A DNA stretch of 64,000 bases from Acidobacteriota bacterium. GTDB lineage: Bacteria > Acidobacteriota > UBA6911 > RPQK01 > JAJDTT01. Below the pieces are notes generated by a model, which worked only from the letters and a program-made list of their open reading frames with translations, was not told the origin of the DNA and made no database searches. The position numbers and the translations under genes were made by a program. The stretch covers positions 96,001 to 160,000 of the forward strand of contig CBDCJH010000002.1 in NCBI GenBank assembly GCA_965217775.1, written 5' to 3'. This document shows positions 40,785-51,018 of this stretch, one piece after another (the first letter of the stretch is position 1; every line of letters starts with the position of its first letter).

Positions 40785-42028
40785 TGGTGTTCCTCTTGGG
40801 ATGGAGGAATCTCTGGAGGAACCCGCTCCGAAGTCTCATCACCATGGGCGGCCTGGCTTCGGGGTACGCCGTCCTGATGTTCCTGGTCAGTCTCACCGAA
40901 GGCATGCTGGTCCAGATGCTCAACAACGGCACCGATCTCCTGGTGGGACACGTCCAGATCCAACACCAGGACTATCTGCCCGACCGGGATCTGTACGAGA
41001 CGTTGGGAGGCGGCGAGGGGACCGACTGGCGGGCCCTTACCGAGAGGCTCCTCGACGAACCCGAGGTGGTGGCTGCCACGGCCCGGATTCACACCGCCGG
41101 TCTCGCGTCCACGGGCGAATACTCCTCCGGCGTCGCGATCGTGGGCATCGACCCGGTCCAGGAAGCCAAGGTCAGCGGGCTGCAGGGGCAGGGAAGTCCG
41201 AAGGATCTCCAGGGGCGGGGCATGCTACTGGGGGAAGCCTTGCAGCAAGAGTTGGTTGCCGGTATTGGAACCGAAATCGCGCTGGTCACCCAGGCCGCCG
41301 ACGGAACCATCGGTAACGACCTCTACCGGAACCGGGGCACGTTGCACACGGGCATGGCGTTGTTGGACCGGTCGCTGACCCTGGTCCACCTGACGGATCT
41401 TCAAGAGTTGCTGTCGCTGGCGCCCGGGCGGGTCCATGAAATTGCGCTCAAGCTTCGCGACCCCGGCGACGCTGAACTGGTTGCGGCCAGATTGAACGAG
41501 TCGGGGATTCTCCCCGCGGGCGCCGTTGCGCGGAGCTGGAGAAGTCTCCTTCCCACCCTGAGCGACTACCTGGACATGGCGAACGCCAGTTACGTGTTCA
41601 TGATCGGTCTGGTGGCTCTTTTTGCCGCGTTGGGCGTTCTGAATACCATGCTCATGTCGGTCTTCGAACGGGTCCGCGAACTGGGGATGCTCTCGGCCCT
41701 GGGCATGCGGCCGGCCCTGGTGGTCCTCACCGTCCTTTCCGAGAGCCTCGCTCTGGCGGTGGCCGGCCTGGGCGCGGGACTGGCTCTGGGCAGCCTGCTG
41801 GTGTGGCATCTGAGCTCGACCGGGCTGGACCTGAGATCCTGGATGGGGGAGATTTCCATGCTGGAGACCCGGATGGACCCCGTGATTCCGGTCGTCTGGA
41901 CTTGGAACGCCGTGTGGTGGCCGGCCGTGGGTTTGGTTTTGGCGACCGTCGTCGCCTCCCTGATCCCTGCTCTGAGAGCCGCGTTCGTGAACCCGGTTCT
42001 GGCCCTGAGAAATTTGTCGAAGGCCTGA
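40781..42028 (+). CDS. ABC permease, FtsX/LolE/MacB type
   Basis: WRNLWRN..RS, GHVQI, NTMLMSVFERVRELG and PALRAA..NPV.ALR motifs. Confidence 0.9.
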   Translation: MMVFLLGWRNLWRNPLRSLITMGGLASGYAVLMFLVSLTEGMLVQMLNNGTDLLVGHVQIQHQDYLPDRDLYETLGGGEGTDWRALTERLLDEPEVVAATARIHTAGLASTGEYSSGVAIVGIDPVQEAKVSGLQGQGSPKDLQGRGMLLGEALQQELVAGIGTEIALVTQAADGTIGNDLYRNRGTLHTGMALLDRSLTLVHLTDLQELLSLAPGRVHEIALKLRDPGDAELVAARLNESGILPAGAVARSWRSLLPTLSDYLDMANASYVFMIGLVALFAALGVLNTMLMSVFERVRELGMLSALGMRPALVVLTVLSESLALAVAGLGAGLALGSLLVWHLSSTGLDLRSWMGEISMLETRMDPVIPVVWTWNAVWWPAVGLVLATVVASLIPALRAAFVNPVLALRNLSKA

Positions 42029-42032
42029 CGGC

Positions 42033-43289
42033 GTGAAAATCATCCTCAAGCTGGCCTGGAGAAACCTGGGACGGAATCGGCGCCGGACCGGTCTCACCGT
42101 GGTCACGGTCGCGTTGGGTCTCGCCCTCCTGCTGGTCACGCTGGGACTGGGAGACGGCAGTCATCTCCAGATGATCGACAATGCCGTCCGCATGGGGTCC
42201 GGGCACGTCCTGATCCAACGCCAGGGTTATCAGGCCCACGGCGGCGTTCAGCGAGCGTTGGGGGAGGGGACCCGTTCCCAGGTCCGAGCTTGGATCGAGC
42301 AGCTGACCCGCGACTCGCCGGTTCCGAACCTGGTGGAGCGAGTCTTCGCCTCCGGCCTCGCGTCCTCGGCCGATGGTTCCACAGGCGTCCGGATCATCGG
42401 CACCCAGCCCAAGCCGGAGCGCCAAGCCTCCAAGTTCGATGAGAAGCTGGTGGATGGAGAGTTCCTGCGCCCCGGGGCCGAAGACCAGGCTGTCGTCGGC
42501 GCCGGCGTCGCCAGAAAGCTCCGCGTCGGCATGGGGTCAAAGTTCGTGGTCCTCGCCCAGGCCTCGGGAAGCTCCGAACTCCAGTCCCGGCTCTTCCGGG
42601 TTCGGGGAATCCTGCAGACGGGATTGGACGATCTGGACCAACGGCTGGTGATCATCCCGCTGGAGGTCGCCCAGAAGCTGTTGCTGCTGCCCGGTCAGGT
42701 CCATCAGGTCGCCGTCTTTCTGGAAGAGGTCGAAGCGGCGGGAGTGCTGGCGCAGCGCGGCCGGAATGCTCTGCCCGACTCGGCCGAAGTGCTCGACTGG
42801 GCGGAGGCCATGCCGGAACTCACCGAATTCATACGAATGGACGACGCCGGCAACTACGTGTTCAACGGCATCTTCCTTCTTCTCATCGCCTTCGTGGTCC
42901 TCAACACGCTATTGATGTCGGCCTTGGAACGGAGTCGGGAGTATGCACTGCTGGACGCGCTGGGCCTGTCCCCTGCCGGCCGATTCTTCATGATGTTCAC
43001 CGAGGCGGTCCTGTTGGCTCTGCTCTCGACGGCCGCGGGGCTGGCTCTCGGCTACGGTGCGCACCTGTATCTGGAATCCGCCGGGCTGCCCCTGGAAGCC
43101 TTCTACGAAGGAGAAGGGGAGCTTTCCGCCGCCGGCGCGGTGATGGACCCGGTACTCTACTCGCGGTTGTCGGCCGAACGAGTCTTTGTCTCGGCTGCCG
43201 TCATCGTGTTTTTGACCCTGGTCCTGGCCCTGGCTCCGGCCTGGCGCGCCGGACGCCGGGTCAGTATCCAGCTCTTGGGACGGATGTGA
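42033..43289 (+). CDS. ABC permease, FtsX/LolE/MacB type
   Basis: LAWRNLGRNRRRT, GHVLI, NTLLMS.LER.RE and PAWRA motifs. Confidence 0.9.
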   Translation: MKIILKLAWRNLGRNRRRTGLTVVTVALGLALLLVTLGLGDGSHLQMIDNAVRMGSGHVLIQRQGYQAHGGVQRALGEGTRSQVRAWIEQLTRDSPVPNLVERVFASGLASSADGSTGVRIIGTQPKPERQASKFDEKLVDGEFLRPGAEDQAVVGAGVARKLRVGMGSKFVVLAQASGSSELQSRLFRVRGILQTGLDDLDQRLVIIPLEVAQKLLLLPGQVHQVAVFLEEVEAAGVLAQRGRNALPDSAEVLDWAEAMPELTEFIRMDDAGNYVFNGIFLLLIAFVVLNTLLMSALERSREYALLDALGLSPAGRFFMMFTEAVLLALLSTAAGLALGYGAHLYLESAGLPLEAFYEGEGELSAAGAVMDPVLYSRLSAERVFVSAAVIVFLTLVLALAPAWRAGRRVSIQLLGRM

Positions 43290-43993
43290 CCATGCCCCAT
43301 GCCGGCGAACCGGACCTGCTTCAACTAGAGGACGTCTCGCGCGTCTACCAGCAGGGAGAGCAGACGGTCCACGCCTTGCGGAGAGTCAGCCTGACTTTCC
43401 AGCGGGGGGAACTGGTGGCCATCGCCGGTCCTTCCGGATCGGGCAAGACCACACTGCTCAACGTCTCCTGCGGAATCGACCATCCCACCCGCGGCCGCGT
43501 CCGTATGCAGGGGATCGATCTGGCGCACAGAAGCCGCAAGCAACTGACTCGGCTCCGGCTCGAGCGGGTCGGTTTCATCTTTCAGGCCAACAATCTGTTG
43601 CCGGTGCTGACGGTGGAGGAAAACGCCGAATTCATTCTCCTGCTTCGAGGAGTCCCCCGTCGCCAACGCCGGGAAAAGGTCCGGGCCATTTTGGAGGAGG
43701 TGGGGTTGGAAGGACTGGAAGACCGAAAGCCGGACCAGCTCTCCGGGGGACAACAGCAGCGGGTGGCGGTCGCGCGTGCGGTGGTGGCGGAGCCGCCGCT
43801 GATTCTGGCCGATGAGCCCACGGCCAACCTGGACAGCCGCACGGCTCTCTCCCTGCTGGATCTGATGGAAAGGCTCAACCGCGACAACGGGACGACCTTC
43901 ATCTTCTCCACCCACGATCCCAGGGTCATGGAACGGGCCAGGCGGACCATCCGCCTGGTGGATGGGGAAGTCGATGCCGACGAACGGTGCTGA
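43286..43993 (+). CDS. ABC ATPase (LolD-like)
   Basis: GPSGSGKTT, LSGGQQQRVAVARA, LADEPTANLD and THD motifs. Confidence 0.95.
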   Translation: MTMPHAGEPDLLQLEDVSRVYQQGEQTVHALRRVSLTFQRGELVAIAGPSGSGKTTLLNVSCGIDHPTRGRVRMQGIDLAHRSRKQLTRLRLERVGFIFQANNLLPVLTVEENAEFILLLRGVPRRQRREKVRAILEEVGLEGLEDRKPDQLSGGQQQRVAVARAVVAEPPLILADEPTANLDSRTALSLLDLMERLNRDNGTTFIFSTHDPRVMERARRTIRLVDGEVDADERC

Positions 43994-45176
43994 CCCGCGG
44001 TCTTGGCCGTGGCTGTTCCTCTGGTTCTGGTTTCTGGCCACGCCTGGTCTCCAGGCCCGGGACCTGGACTGGGGTGGATCGATCCGATCCTATCTTTTCC
44101 TGAGAGAGAGGCCGGTTCCGGCGGCCAGGAGTGATTCCGAGCTGGCCATATTCCGCCTGACGTCCAATCTGGAACTCTCTCGGCGCGTCCGCGTGGAATC
44201 CCACGCCATACTGAATTTCCTTTCTCCTCCCCTGTCCACATCGGCCCATCTGGCCGATTCCTCGGCCGCTCTCTACCTGCCGTTGGAGCATCGCCTGATG
44301 AACCGGCCGGAGGGGCGACTGCTGGCCGCTTTCGACCGCCTGAACCTGGAGCTGGAGTTCGACCGGCTGGACGTCATCGTGGGGAGGCAGGCGCTCACCT
44401 GGGGCGTCAGCTACTTCTGGCCGGCCCTGGATCTCTTCGCTCCCTTCGCTCCCCAGCGCCTCGACCGGGACTACAAGCCCGGCATCGACGCCGTCCGCGG
44501 GGTATTGCGCCTGGGGCAGTTCTCCGAGTTGGAGGTCGTGGCCGCCTCACTGGGTCCTGAACCCGGAGAGGATGGTGCTGCCGGGTTTCATCTTCGGCTG
44601 AACGCCGGGGCTGTGGACGTGGGGGTCATGGGGGGCAGTTTCCACGGGGATGACGTGGCCGGTCTTTTCCTGACTTCCGACCTTGCCGGGACCGGCCTGC
44701 GGGGTGAGGTCAGCTGGACGCGCTCCGGAGACGCAGCGGATGCGGAGCGGAACCGGGAGACATTCTGGAGGGGTTCGGTGGGAGTCGATCGGCAGTTGAC
44801 ACCCTATCTGACCTTGATCCTGGAGGGCGCCTACAACGGCTATGGGACCGGTTCGCCCGGAGAGTACCCCCTCTATTTCGACTCCGACCGGATCTCGCGG
44901 GGGGAGGTCAACGGAACGGGCCGGCTCTATGGAGGAGTCTCGCTGGCTCTGCTCCTGCACCCTCTTTGCACTTTCTCCACCACCGCACTCTTCAACGGGA
45001 GCGACGGCTCCCTCCTCTGGTTGCCCTCCCTGACCTGGTCCACCGGCAACGACTCGGAGTTCCTGGTGGGAACCCAACTCGGGTTCGGCGCCGCTCCCGG
45101 CGCGGATGGCCGGCGCGGAACCGAGTACGGAGGGGTGCCCCGGACCCTTTTCTTCGGTTTCAAGCAATACTTCTGA
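43962..45176 (+). CDS. putative outer-membrane beta-barrel protein of the LolA-like/ABC operon
   Basis: Signal-like N-terminus; DRL, VGRQ..WG, D...KPG.DA and C-terminal KQYF. Confidence 0.65.
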   Translation: MGKSMPTNGADPRSWPWLFLWFWFLATPGLQARDLDWGGSIRSYLFLRERPVPAARSDSELAIFRLTSNLELSRRVRVESHAILNFLSPPLSTSAHLADSSAALYLPLEHRLMNRPEGRLLAAFDRLNLELEFDRLDVIVGRQALTWGVSYFWPALDLFAPFAPQRLDRDYKPGIDAVRGVLRLGQFSELEVVAASLGPEPGEDGAAGFHLRLNAGAVDVGVMGGSFHGDDVAGLFLTSDLAGTGLRGEVSWTRSGDAADAERNRETFWRGSVGVDRQLTPYLTLILEGAYNGYGTGSPGEYPLYFDSDRISRGEVNGTGRLYGGVSLALLLHPLCTFSTTALFNGSDGSLLWLPSLTWSTGNDSEFLVGTQLGFGAAPGADGRRGTEYGGVPRTLFFGFKQYF

Positions 45177-45300
45177 CGCCTCGCCCAGCTCCCGCAGAGG
45201 GACTGGCCGAACGACCCGTAGAACCTGGGACGAGTCCCCGTGGCAGCGGGAGTCGCCGGGGCCAAACCCTTGCGGCTGAATCCTTTGGCATCAGACTGGC

Positions 45301-46224
45301 GTGATACTCTTCCTCCACGCCATGCGAATCATCCCTTGCTTGCTGCTGTTGCTGACCGTATCGGTTTTCGGACAACCGCCCCCGGTCACAAACGATGCGC
45401 CGGAGGGCGTCCGGATCACTCCACTCGCCAGGGCCTTCCAGCCGGGAGAGGTGGTGCTGGTTACCTTGACTGCGCCGCGCCGCGTGGATCGGGTCGCATT
45501 GCGGGTCTTCCAGCAGAACCTGCCTCTCGAACCCGGCCTGGGGGAAGTTCCGACCAACTGGTGGGCCCTCGTCGGAATCGACCTGAATACGAAACCGGGG
45601 GGCTACTTGCTCCGGTTCGAACTCTACGCGCAGGATCGCATTTTTGCCCGGGCGGATCACCGCATCACGATCAAGAAGAAGAATTTCCCGACGCGCAGGC
45701 TCAACCTGCCGGAGAAATTCGTGACTCCTCCGAAAGCGTCCCTGGCCAGAATCAAACGGGAGTCGCGGCTCATATCCGGCATCTTCGCCGAAGCGGGCAG
45801 CGAGAGGCACTGGTCCGGGTTCTTCCTCCGGCCCGTTCCGGGACGCGCCAACAGCAGTTTCGGAAAGCGGAGCATCCTCAACGGAAAACCTCGCAGCCCC
45901 CATAGCGGGACCGACTTCCGCGCCTCCAGGGGCACTCCGGTCAAGAGTCCCAACGCCGGGATGACGGTGCTGGCCCAGAATCTCTACTATGCGGGCAACA
46001 CCGTGATCCTGGACCATGGCCAGGGCCTGTATTCCTATTTCGCCCACCTCGATGACTTTACGGTCAAGAAGGGAGACCGCGTGGAGCGGGGAGACCTCAT
46101 CGGACACGTCGGATCCACGGGCCGGGTCACGGGTCCGCACCTTCACTGGACCGTTCGGCTCCGGAAAGCCCGGGTCGACCCGCTATCGCTCATGGAGATC
46201 CTCGCCCGCTTCGAATCGAGCTGA
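45301..46224 (+). CDS. M23 family metallopeptidase (start may be ATG 45322)
   Basis: HSGTD, GNTVILDHG, FAHL and GSTGRVTGPHLHW motifs. Confidence 0.93.
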   Translation: MILFLHAMRIIPCLLLLLTVSVFGQPPPVTNDAPEGVRITPLARAFQPGEVVLVTLTAPRRVDRVALRVFQQNLPLEPGLGEVPTNWWALVGIDLNTKPGGYLLRFELYAQDRIFARADHRITIKKKNFPTRRLNLPEKFVTPPKASLARIKRESRLISGIFAEAGSERHWSGFFLRPVPGRANSSFGKRSILNGKPRSPHSGTDFRASRGTPVKSPNAGMTVLAQNLYYAGNTVILDHGQGLYSYFAHLDDFTVKKGDRVERGDLIGHVGSTGRVTGPHLHWTVRLRKARVDPLSLMEILARFESS

Positions 46225-46226
46225 AG

Positions 46227-46300
46227 ACAAGGCGAAGGAACGGTCTCGAAGGCCGCCACGCCCTCCACCCGAATGCCGTGACGACTTTTACCACGGGCTG
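46227..46300 (-). mobile_element. MITE family A remnant (one intact end, rearranged interior)
   Basis: CGAATGCCGTGACGACTTTTACCACGGGCTG end plus GACAAGGCG and AGGAACGGTCTCG fragments. Confidence 0.7.
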
Positions 46301-46305
46301 ATAAG

Positions 46306-47658
46306 GTGCAGCAGATGCAGGTTTGGATCGCCTTGGCGGCCATGGCCTGGACGGCCGCGGAAGTGGAACAGGCATACCGCCGGGACTTCACGGGCGCCCT
46401 CATGCGGGTCGACTATTTCCACATCGGCACGGCCACGAAGGAGCGTTTCAGCCTGGATCGAATTCGGGTCGAAGGCCCCTGGGCCGGAAATCCGCGCCGG
46501 CTGCTGGATTCTACAGGTTGGGGCAAGTACCGGTTCCAACTGGTCGATCCCGAATCGGGTCGAGTCCTTTTCTCCAGAGGGTTCTCCAGCATCTACGGGG
46601 AATGGGAGACGACGGGAGAGGCCAAGCAGGAAATCTGGCGCACCTTCCCGGAAGCGGTCTGCTTTCCGGAGCCGCGGCGAACCGTCCGGCTGGAGCTCTC
46701 CAAGCGGGACCGGCGACTCGTGTTCCAGCCGGTCTGGGACATTCTCATCGACCCAGGCTCAAACCAGGTCGACCGGTCTCCACCCAAGTCCGCCGCCGAG
46801 ACCACGCTGATGCGAAACGGTCCCACTTCCGACAAGGTGGACCTCCTCTTCCTGGGAGACGGGTATCCGGAAGAAGAAAAGTTCAAACGGGACGCCCGGC
46901 GCCTTGCCGAAGCCCTCTTCCGGGTCGAACCCTTCAACTCGCGCCGGACCGACTTCAACGTCAGGGGTCTCTTTACGCCCGCGGTGGCCGCAGGCGTGTC
47001 CCGGCCCGGCGCCGGCGTTTTCAGGAGTTCGCCCCTGGGCGCCAGTTACGATGCCCTCGGGTTGAAGCGCTACATCCTGACCACCGACGACCGGGCCTGG
47101 CGGAACGCGGCGGCGTCCGCTCCCAGTGACTTCGTGGTCATCCTGGTCAACAACGAGGAGTACGGAGGCGGGGGGATTTTCAACCTGTATGCGGCGGTGG
47201 CTGCGGATTCTTCCTACAGCTCCCACCTGCTGGTGCACGAGTTCGGGCATCTCTTCGCCGGTCTTGGAGACGAGTACTTCACCTCGACCGTGGCCTACCT
47301 GGACCTGATGGCGCCCGGCGTGGAGCCTTGGGAGCCGAACATCACGGCTCTGCTGGACCCGGCCCGGCTCAAATGGGGCCATCTGGTGCAGGTGGGAACG
47401 CCGCTTCCCACTCCGTGGGACAAGCAGGGGCACGAGCTCAGGACGCGCGGAAATGAAGAGAATTCGGCTGCTGCGCCGAAGGTTTTGGAGAATGAGCCCC
47501 ATGCGGGGATCGTGGGAGCTTTCGAAGGAGCCAGCTACACGCCCACGGGGCTGTACCGCCCCGCACTGACTTGCGTCATGTTCAGCCGCAATGAGCCCGA
47601 ATTCTGTCCGGTCTGCAGGGAAGCCATCGAACGGATGATCGATTTCCATGTCAAGTGA
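46306..47658 (+). CDS. peptidase M64 (IgA peptidase family)
   Basis: RVDYFH.G, KVDLLFLGDGY, YGGGG, HEFGHLFAGLGDEY, WEPNIT, FEGA and C.M...FCPVC motifs. Confidence 0.92.
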   Translation: MQQMQVWIALAAMAWTAAEVEQAYRRDFTGALMRVDYFHIGTATKERFSLDRIRVEGPWAGNPRRLLDSTGWGKYRFQLVDPESGRVLFSRGFSSIYGEWETTGEAKQEIWRTFPEAVCFPEPRRTVRLELSKRDRRLVFQPVWDILIDPGSNQVDRSPPKSAAETTLMRNGPTSDKVDLLFLGDGYPEEEKFKRDARRLAEALFRVEPFNSRRTDFNVRGLFTPAVAAGVSRPGAGVFRSSPLGASYDALGLKRYILTTDDRAWRNAAASAPSDFVVILVNNEEYGGGGIFNLYAAVAADSSYSSHLLVHEFGHLFAGLGDEYFTSTVAYLDLMAPGVEPWEPNITALLDPARLKWGHLVQVGTPLPTPWDKQGHELRTRGNEENSAAAPKVLENEPHAGIVGAFEGASYTPTGLYRPALTCVMFSRNEPEFCPVCREAIERMIDFHVK

Positions 47659-47686
47659 CGGGCCTCGACCCGGCGGAGGTGAGAAT

Positions 47687-48628
47687 ATGCGTTTGGAACA
47701 GATCAGGAAAATCGGAGTGGCGGGATCGGGCACCATGGGGACGGGCATCGCCCAGCTCTTCGCCCAGTCGGGCTTCCACGTCACCTGGTACAACCGCTCC
47801 GCCGCCGGCATCGAGCGGGGCTTCGGGGGCGTCCGCCGGAACCAGGAAATCCTCATCGATTCCGGCGCCCTGTCAGCGGGCGAAGCCAGAGAGTCCATGA
47901 CCCGCCTGCATCCCACGCTGGAGTTGTCCGATCTGGCCCCGGCCGATTTCGTGATCGAGTCCATCGCCGAAGACTTGGACGCCAAGAACCAGCTTTTCCG
48001 CTCCCTGACCCGAATCTGCCGTCCCGATGCCATCCTGACCACCAACACCTCGTGGTTGAGCATCTCCCAGATGGCGGAGTCGGCGTCCCCGCGCGAACGT
48101 TTTTCCGGTTTCCATTTCCTGAATCCCGCCCACATCATTCCTCTGTTGGAGGTCATCCCGGGAGAGGCAACCTCGGAACGGACCGTCGACCTGGCCATGG
48201 GCTTGGCCCGCCGGATCGGGAAGCAGCCGATCGTGGTGCGGAAAGAAGTCCCCGGGTATGTCTCCGTCCGGCTCCAGGCCGCCGTGGTTCGGGAGGCGAT
48301 TCACTTGGTGGAAGAGGGAGTCGCCACCAGCGAGGAGATCGACACGGCGATGAAGGAAGGACTGGGAGTGCGATGGGCCCTGCTCGGTCCCCTGGAGATC
48401 GCCGATCTCGGTGGCCTTGACGTGTTCAACATCGTCACTCGCAGCTTGAACCCGCACCTGTCGGCGGCGCAGGGTGGTCTCCGGCTGTTGGAATCCCTGG
48501 TGGCGTCGGGTCGGCTGGGCATCAAGAGCGGAGCCGGCTTTTACGAATATTCCGGCGACGAATCGGGGAAAGTCCTTGACGACAGGGACCGGAGGCTTCT
48601 GAAGCTGCTCCGGATCAAGTCCGAATGA
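47687..48628 (+). CDS. 3-hydroxyacyl-CoA dehydrogenase family protein
   Basis: GSGTMGTGIA, VIESIAE, TNTS, HFLNP and GPLEIADLGGLD motifs. Confidence 0.92.
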   Translation: MRLEQIRKIGVAGSGTMGTGIAQLFAQSGFHVTWYNRSAAGIERGFGGVRRNQEILIDSGALSAGEARESMTRLHPTLELSDLAPADFVIESIAEDLDAKNQLFRSLTRICRPDAILTTNTSWLSISQMAESASPRERFSGFHFLNPAHIIPLLEVIPGEATSERTVDLAMGLARRIGKQPIVVRKEVPGYVSVRLQAAVVREAIHLVEEGVATSEEIDTAMKEGLGVRWALLGPLEIADLGGLDVFNIVTRSLNPHLSAAQGGLRLLESLVASGRLGIKSGAGFYEYSGDESGKVLDDRDRRLLKLLRIKSE

Positions 48629-48723
48629 AGCCGGAGCCAATGCCGCTGCCGACTGTGAATCTTTACTGAACGACTATTGGCCACAGCCATCGTCCGGCAA
48701 TCTCCATACCGGGGACCTCAGAC

Positions 48724-49758
48724 ATGATCCAAGCGCACTCCTTCCGCTCCAGCACGGAGGCGGTGCGGACGTCGACCGGTATCGTCATTCCCGTTTTCTT
48801 TCCACCCGGGGTGGATCGGCAGGTGGGTCACGACCTGCTCTCGGACACCGTCGATGCCTGCGTCCGCCAGGTCGAACGGCCCGAGTCCGTCTGTTTGAGC
48901 GTGGACGGCGAACCCTACGGGAGAGACGTCGGGGAAGTCCTGTCCCGCCGCTTCCAGGTCCGGCTCACCTGGTGCCCCCAAAACAAGGGGAAACTCCAAG
49001 CTGTGCGCCGGGGCATGGAGCTGTTGCTGGAGGAAGGCGGCCATGACTATCTGGCCTCGCTGGACGCGGACGGGGACCACTTTCCTCACGAGCTCGCCAA
49101 CGGGATCCGTTCGGCCCAATACGCGATCCGGAAGGACCCGGACCTGGAGGTCCTGGTGTTGGGCAGGAGGATCAGCCGGCATCGGCCCATGGGCCTCATG
49201 AGGGGCGAGATGGAGGAGTTGGCCGACCGCATTCTACTGGACGCCCTGGCCTACTCCGCCACGGTCCGGGGGTGTCCCTTGCGGCTCGAATACGCCACGG
49301 TGCTGGAGGAGTTTCCCGACTTTCACTCCGGATTCAAGATGCTCACCCGCGACTTGGCCCGGCGGGTCTTCCTGACCGAGCCGAAACTGTGCGGGGGGAC
49401 GGAGGACGCCTATTTCAGGCACGGATGCGAGTCGGTGGTGACGGTGGAGAGCCTCTTGGCCGGCGCCTGTCTGGTGGTGTTCAACCGGACCACCCTCAAC
49501 GAGCCGGTCATCTCCTCGTTCGGCCTTCTGGAACGCACCCGCATGGTGGCCGACAAGATCGTCTGGCCCTGCCGCCGGCTCGGGATCCCCGGCCCCTTCG
49601 TCCGCCAATGGCTGCGAAACCATCTGCCCCGGCTCTTGTTGAGCACCCTCGCTCCCCAAGGGAGAGAGGAATTGAAGCAGATCCGCCGGCTCGTCCTGGA
49701 GGACCTGGGAATGGAAGACGACCCTGACGAGCCCATCGAGGCTCCACTGACCGTTTAG
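48724..49758 (+). CDS. GT2/GT-A fold glycosyltransferase-like protein
   Basis: IVIPV, VDG, NKGK..AVRRG, LDADGDH (DxD) and DFHSGFK motifs. Confidence 0.7.
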   Translation: MIQAHSFRSSTEAVRTSTGIVIPVFFPPGVDRQVGHDLLSDTVDACVRQVERPESVCLSVDGEPYGRDVGEVLSRRFQVRLTWCPQNKGKLQAVRRGMELLLEEGGHDYLASLDADGDHFPHELANGIRSAQYAIRKDPDLEVLVLGRRISRHRPMGLMRGEMEELADRILLDALAYSATVRGCPLRLEYATVLEEFPDFHSGFKMLTRDLARRVFLTEPKLCGGTEDAYFRHGCESVVTVESLLAGACLVVFNRTTLNEPVISSFGLLERTRMVADKIVWPCRRLGIPGPFVRQWLRNHLPRLLLSTLAPQGREELKQIRRLVLEDLGMEDDPDEPIEAPLTV

Positions 49759-49828
49759 GTCGCTTTCACCGTATGGTAGTGGGCGCCGTGAGTCGTTCCC
49801 GAATCCTTCAACGATTCGGGAGTTCCTT

Positions 49829-50980
49829 TCACGAGACTTCCAGGACGCCCTTGATGTAGGCCTCGTCCTTGGAGTCGCCGCCGAAGGCGCCCTTCACCGT
49901 CTCCAGGGTCGGATAGCGGTGAGTGATGAGGGACTGGACGTCCACCTGTCGCGTCTGAATCAGTTCTACGGCCCGGGTCGTGGTCTCGGACCGCCGGGTC
50001 GCCGGATTCAGCGCACCCGAGGCCCCCACCGAGACCACCAGCGTCGGTTCCAGAAAGAGCAGGCGGTTGATGACGCTCAGATCGGTTCCCTGATGCCCGT
50101 GCCCGTAGAGCAACACCGTGGCCTGCTTTCGAATCAGTGAGGAGATGGTCCGGAAGGCGGCTCCGCTTCCGGTGGCCTCGATGAGCAGGTCGATCTTCCG
50201 GCCCCGGGTCACCTGGGCAACCATTTCCACCAGCTCGGATTGGGCCACGTCCAAAGGCGTTCCTCCCAGGCGCTTCACCAGGCTCAGCTTCTCCGGGACC
50301 CGATCCGCAACCAGCACCGTCCCCTCGTATCCCACTTCCCGCCGGAGGTTCTGGAGGAACAGCAGGCCGGCCGGTCCCGCGCCCAGGATCAGGACGTTCT
50401 CGATCGCTCGCGACCCCTGGGGCCCCGGATGGAACATGTAGCGGGCGGGGGTCCGCACCACCCGGTCCAGGGCATGGAGGATGCAACCCAGAGGTTCCGA
50501 GAGGGCGGTCTCCGGAAATCCCATCTCCCCCTGCAGCCGGACCGCGTTCACTGCCGGAATCGCGACCCGTTCCCGCATGGCTCCCGGAATTCCGGTGATG
50601 CCCAGTTCCTGATAGTGGAGACATTGGTGCGAGTCCCCGCCGGCGCAGTACTCGCAGACGGGAGTGATCCGCTGGCTGTAGCAGTTCAGGCCCTGGTCCA
50701 CGGCCACCCTGTCCCCCGGCGCCAGATCTCTTACCTGGGCACCGGCTTCGAGTACGGTCCCGCAGAACTCGTGCCCCAGGATCTGGGGCTGGACCGAGAG
50801 CGGGATCGGCCGGCCGCCGGCATCGGAGTTGTAGTTGGCCTCGCCCTGAAAGATGTGGAAGTCGGTACCGCAGACGCCCACTGCTCCGACCTGGATCAAG
50901 ACGTCGTGATCTCCGCATTCCGGTTCCGGGACGTCGGCCACATCGAGCCGTCCTGGGCGTTCCAGCAGTAAAGCCTTCAT
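49829..50980 (-). CDS. Zn-dependent alcohol/polyol dehydrogenase (MDR)
   Basis: GVCGTD, LGHEFCG, C..CEYC.......C, EPL.C, GAGPAG and LITHRY motifs. Confidence 0.92.
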   Translation of the reverse strand: MKALLLERPGRLDVADVPEPECGDHDVLIQVGAVGVCGTDFHIFQGEANYNSDAGGRPIPLSVQPQILGHEFCGTVLEAGAQVRDLAPGDRVAVDQGLNCYSQRITPVCEYCAGGDSHQCLHYQELGITGIPGAMRERVAIPAVNAVRLQGEMGFPETALSEPLGCILHALDRVVRTPARYMFHPGPQGSRAIENVLILGAGPAGLLFLQNLRREVGYEGTVLVADRVPEKLSLVKRLGGTPLDVAQSELVEMVAQVTRGRKIDLLIEATGSGAAFRTISSLIRKQATVLLYGHGHQGTDLSVINRLLFLEPTLVVSVGASGALNPATRRSETTTRAVELIQTRQVDVQSLITHRYPTLETVKGAFGGDSKDEAYIKGVLEVS

Positions 50981-51018
50981 TGGGGTCCCGTGATGTTACC
51001 AGTCCGCCGCCGGGACTT

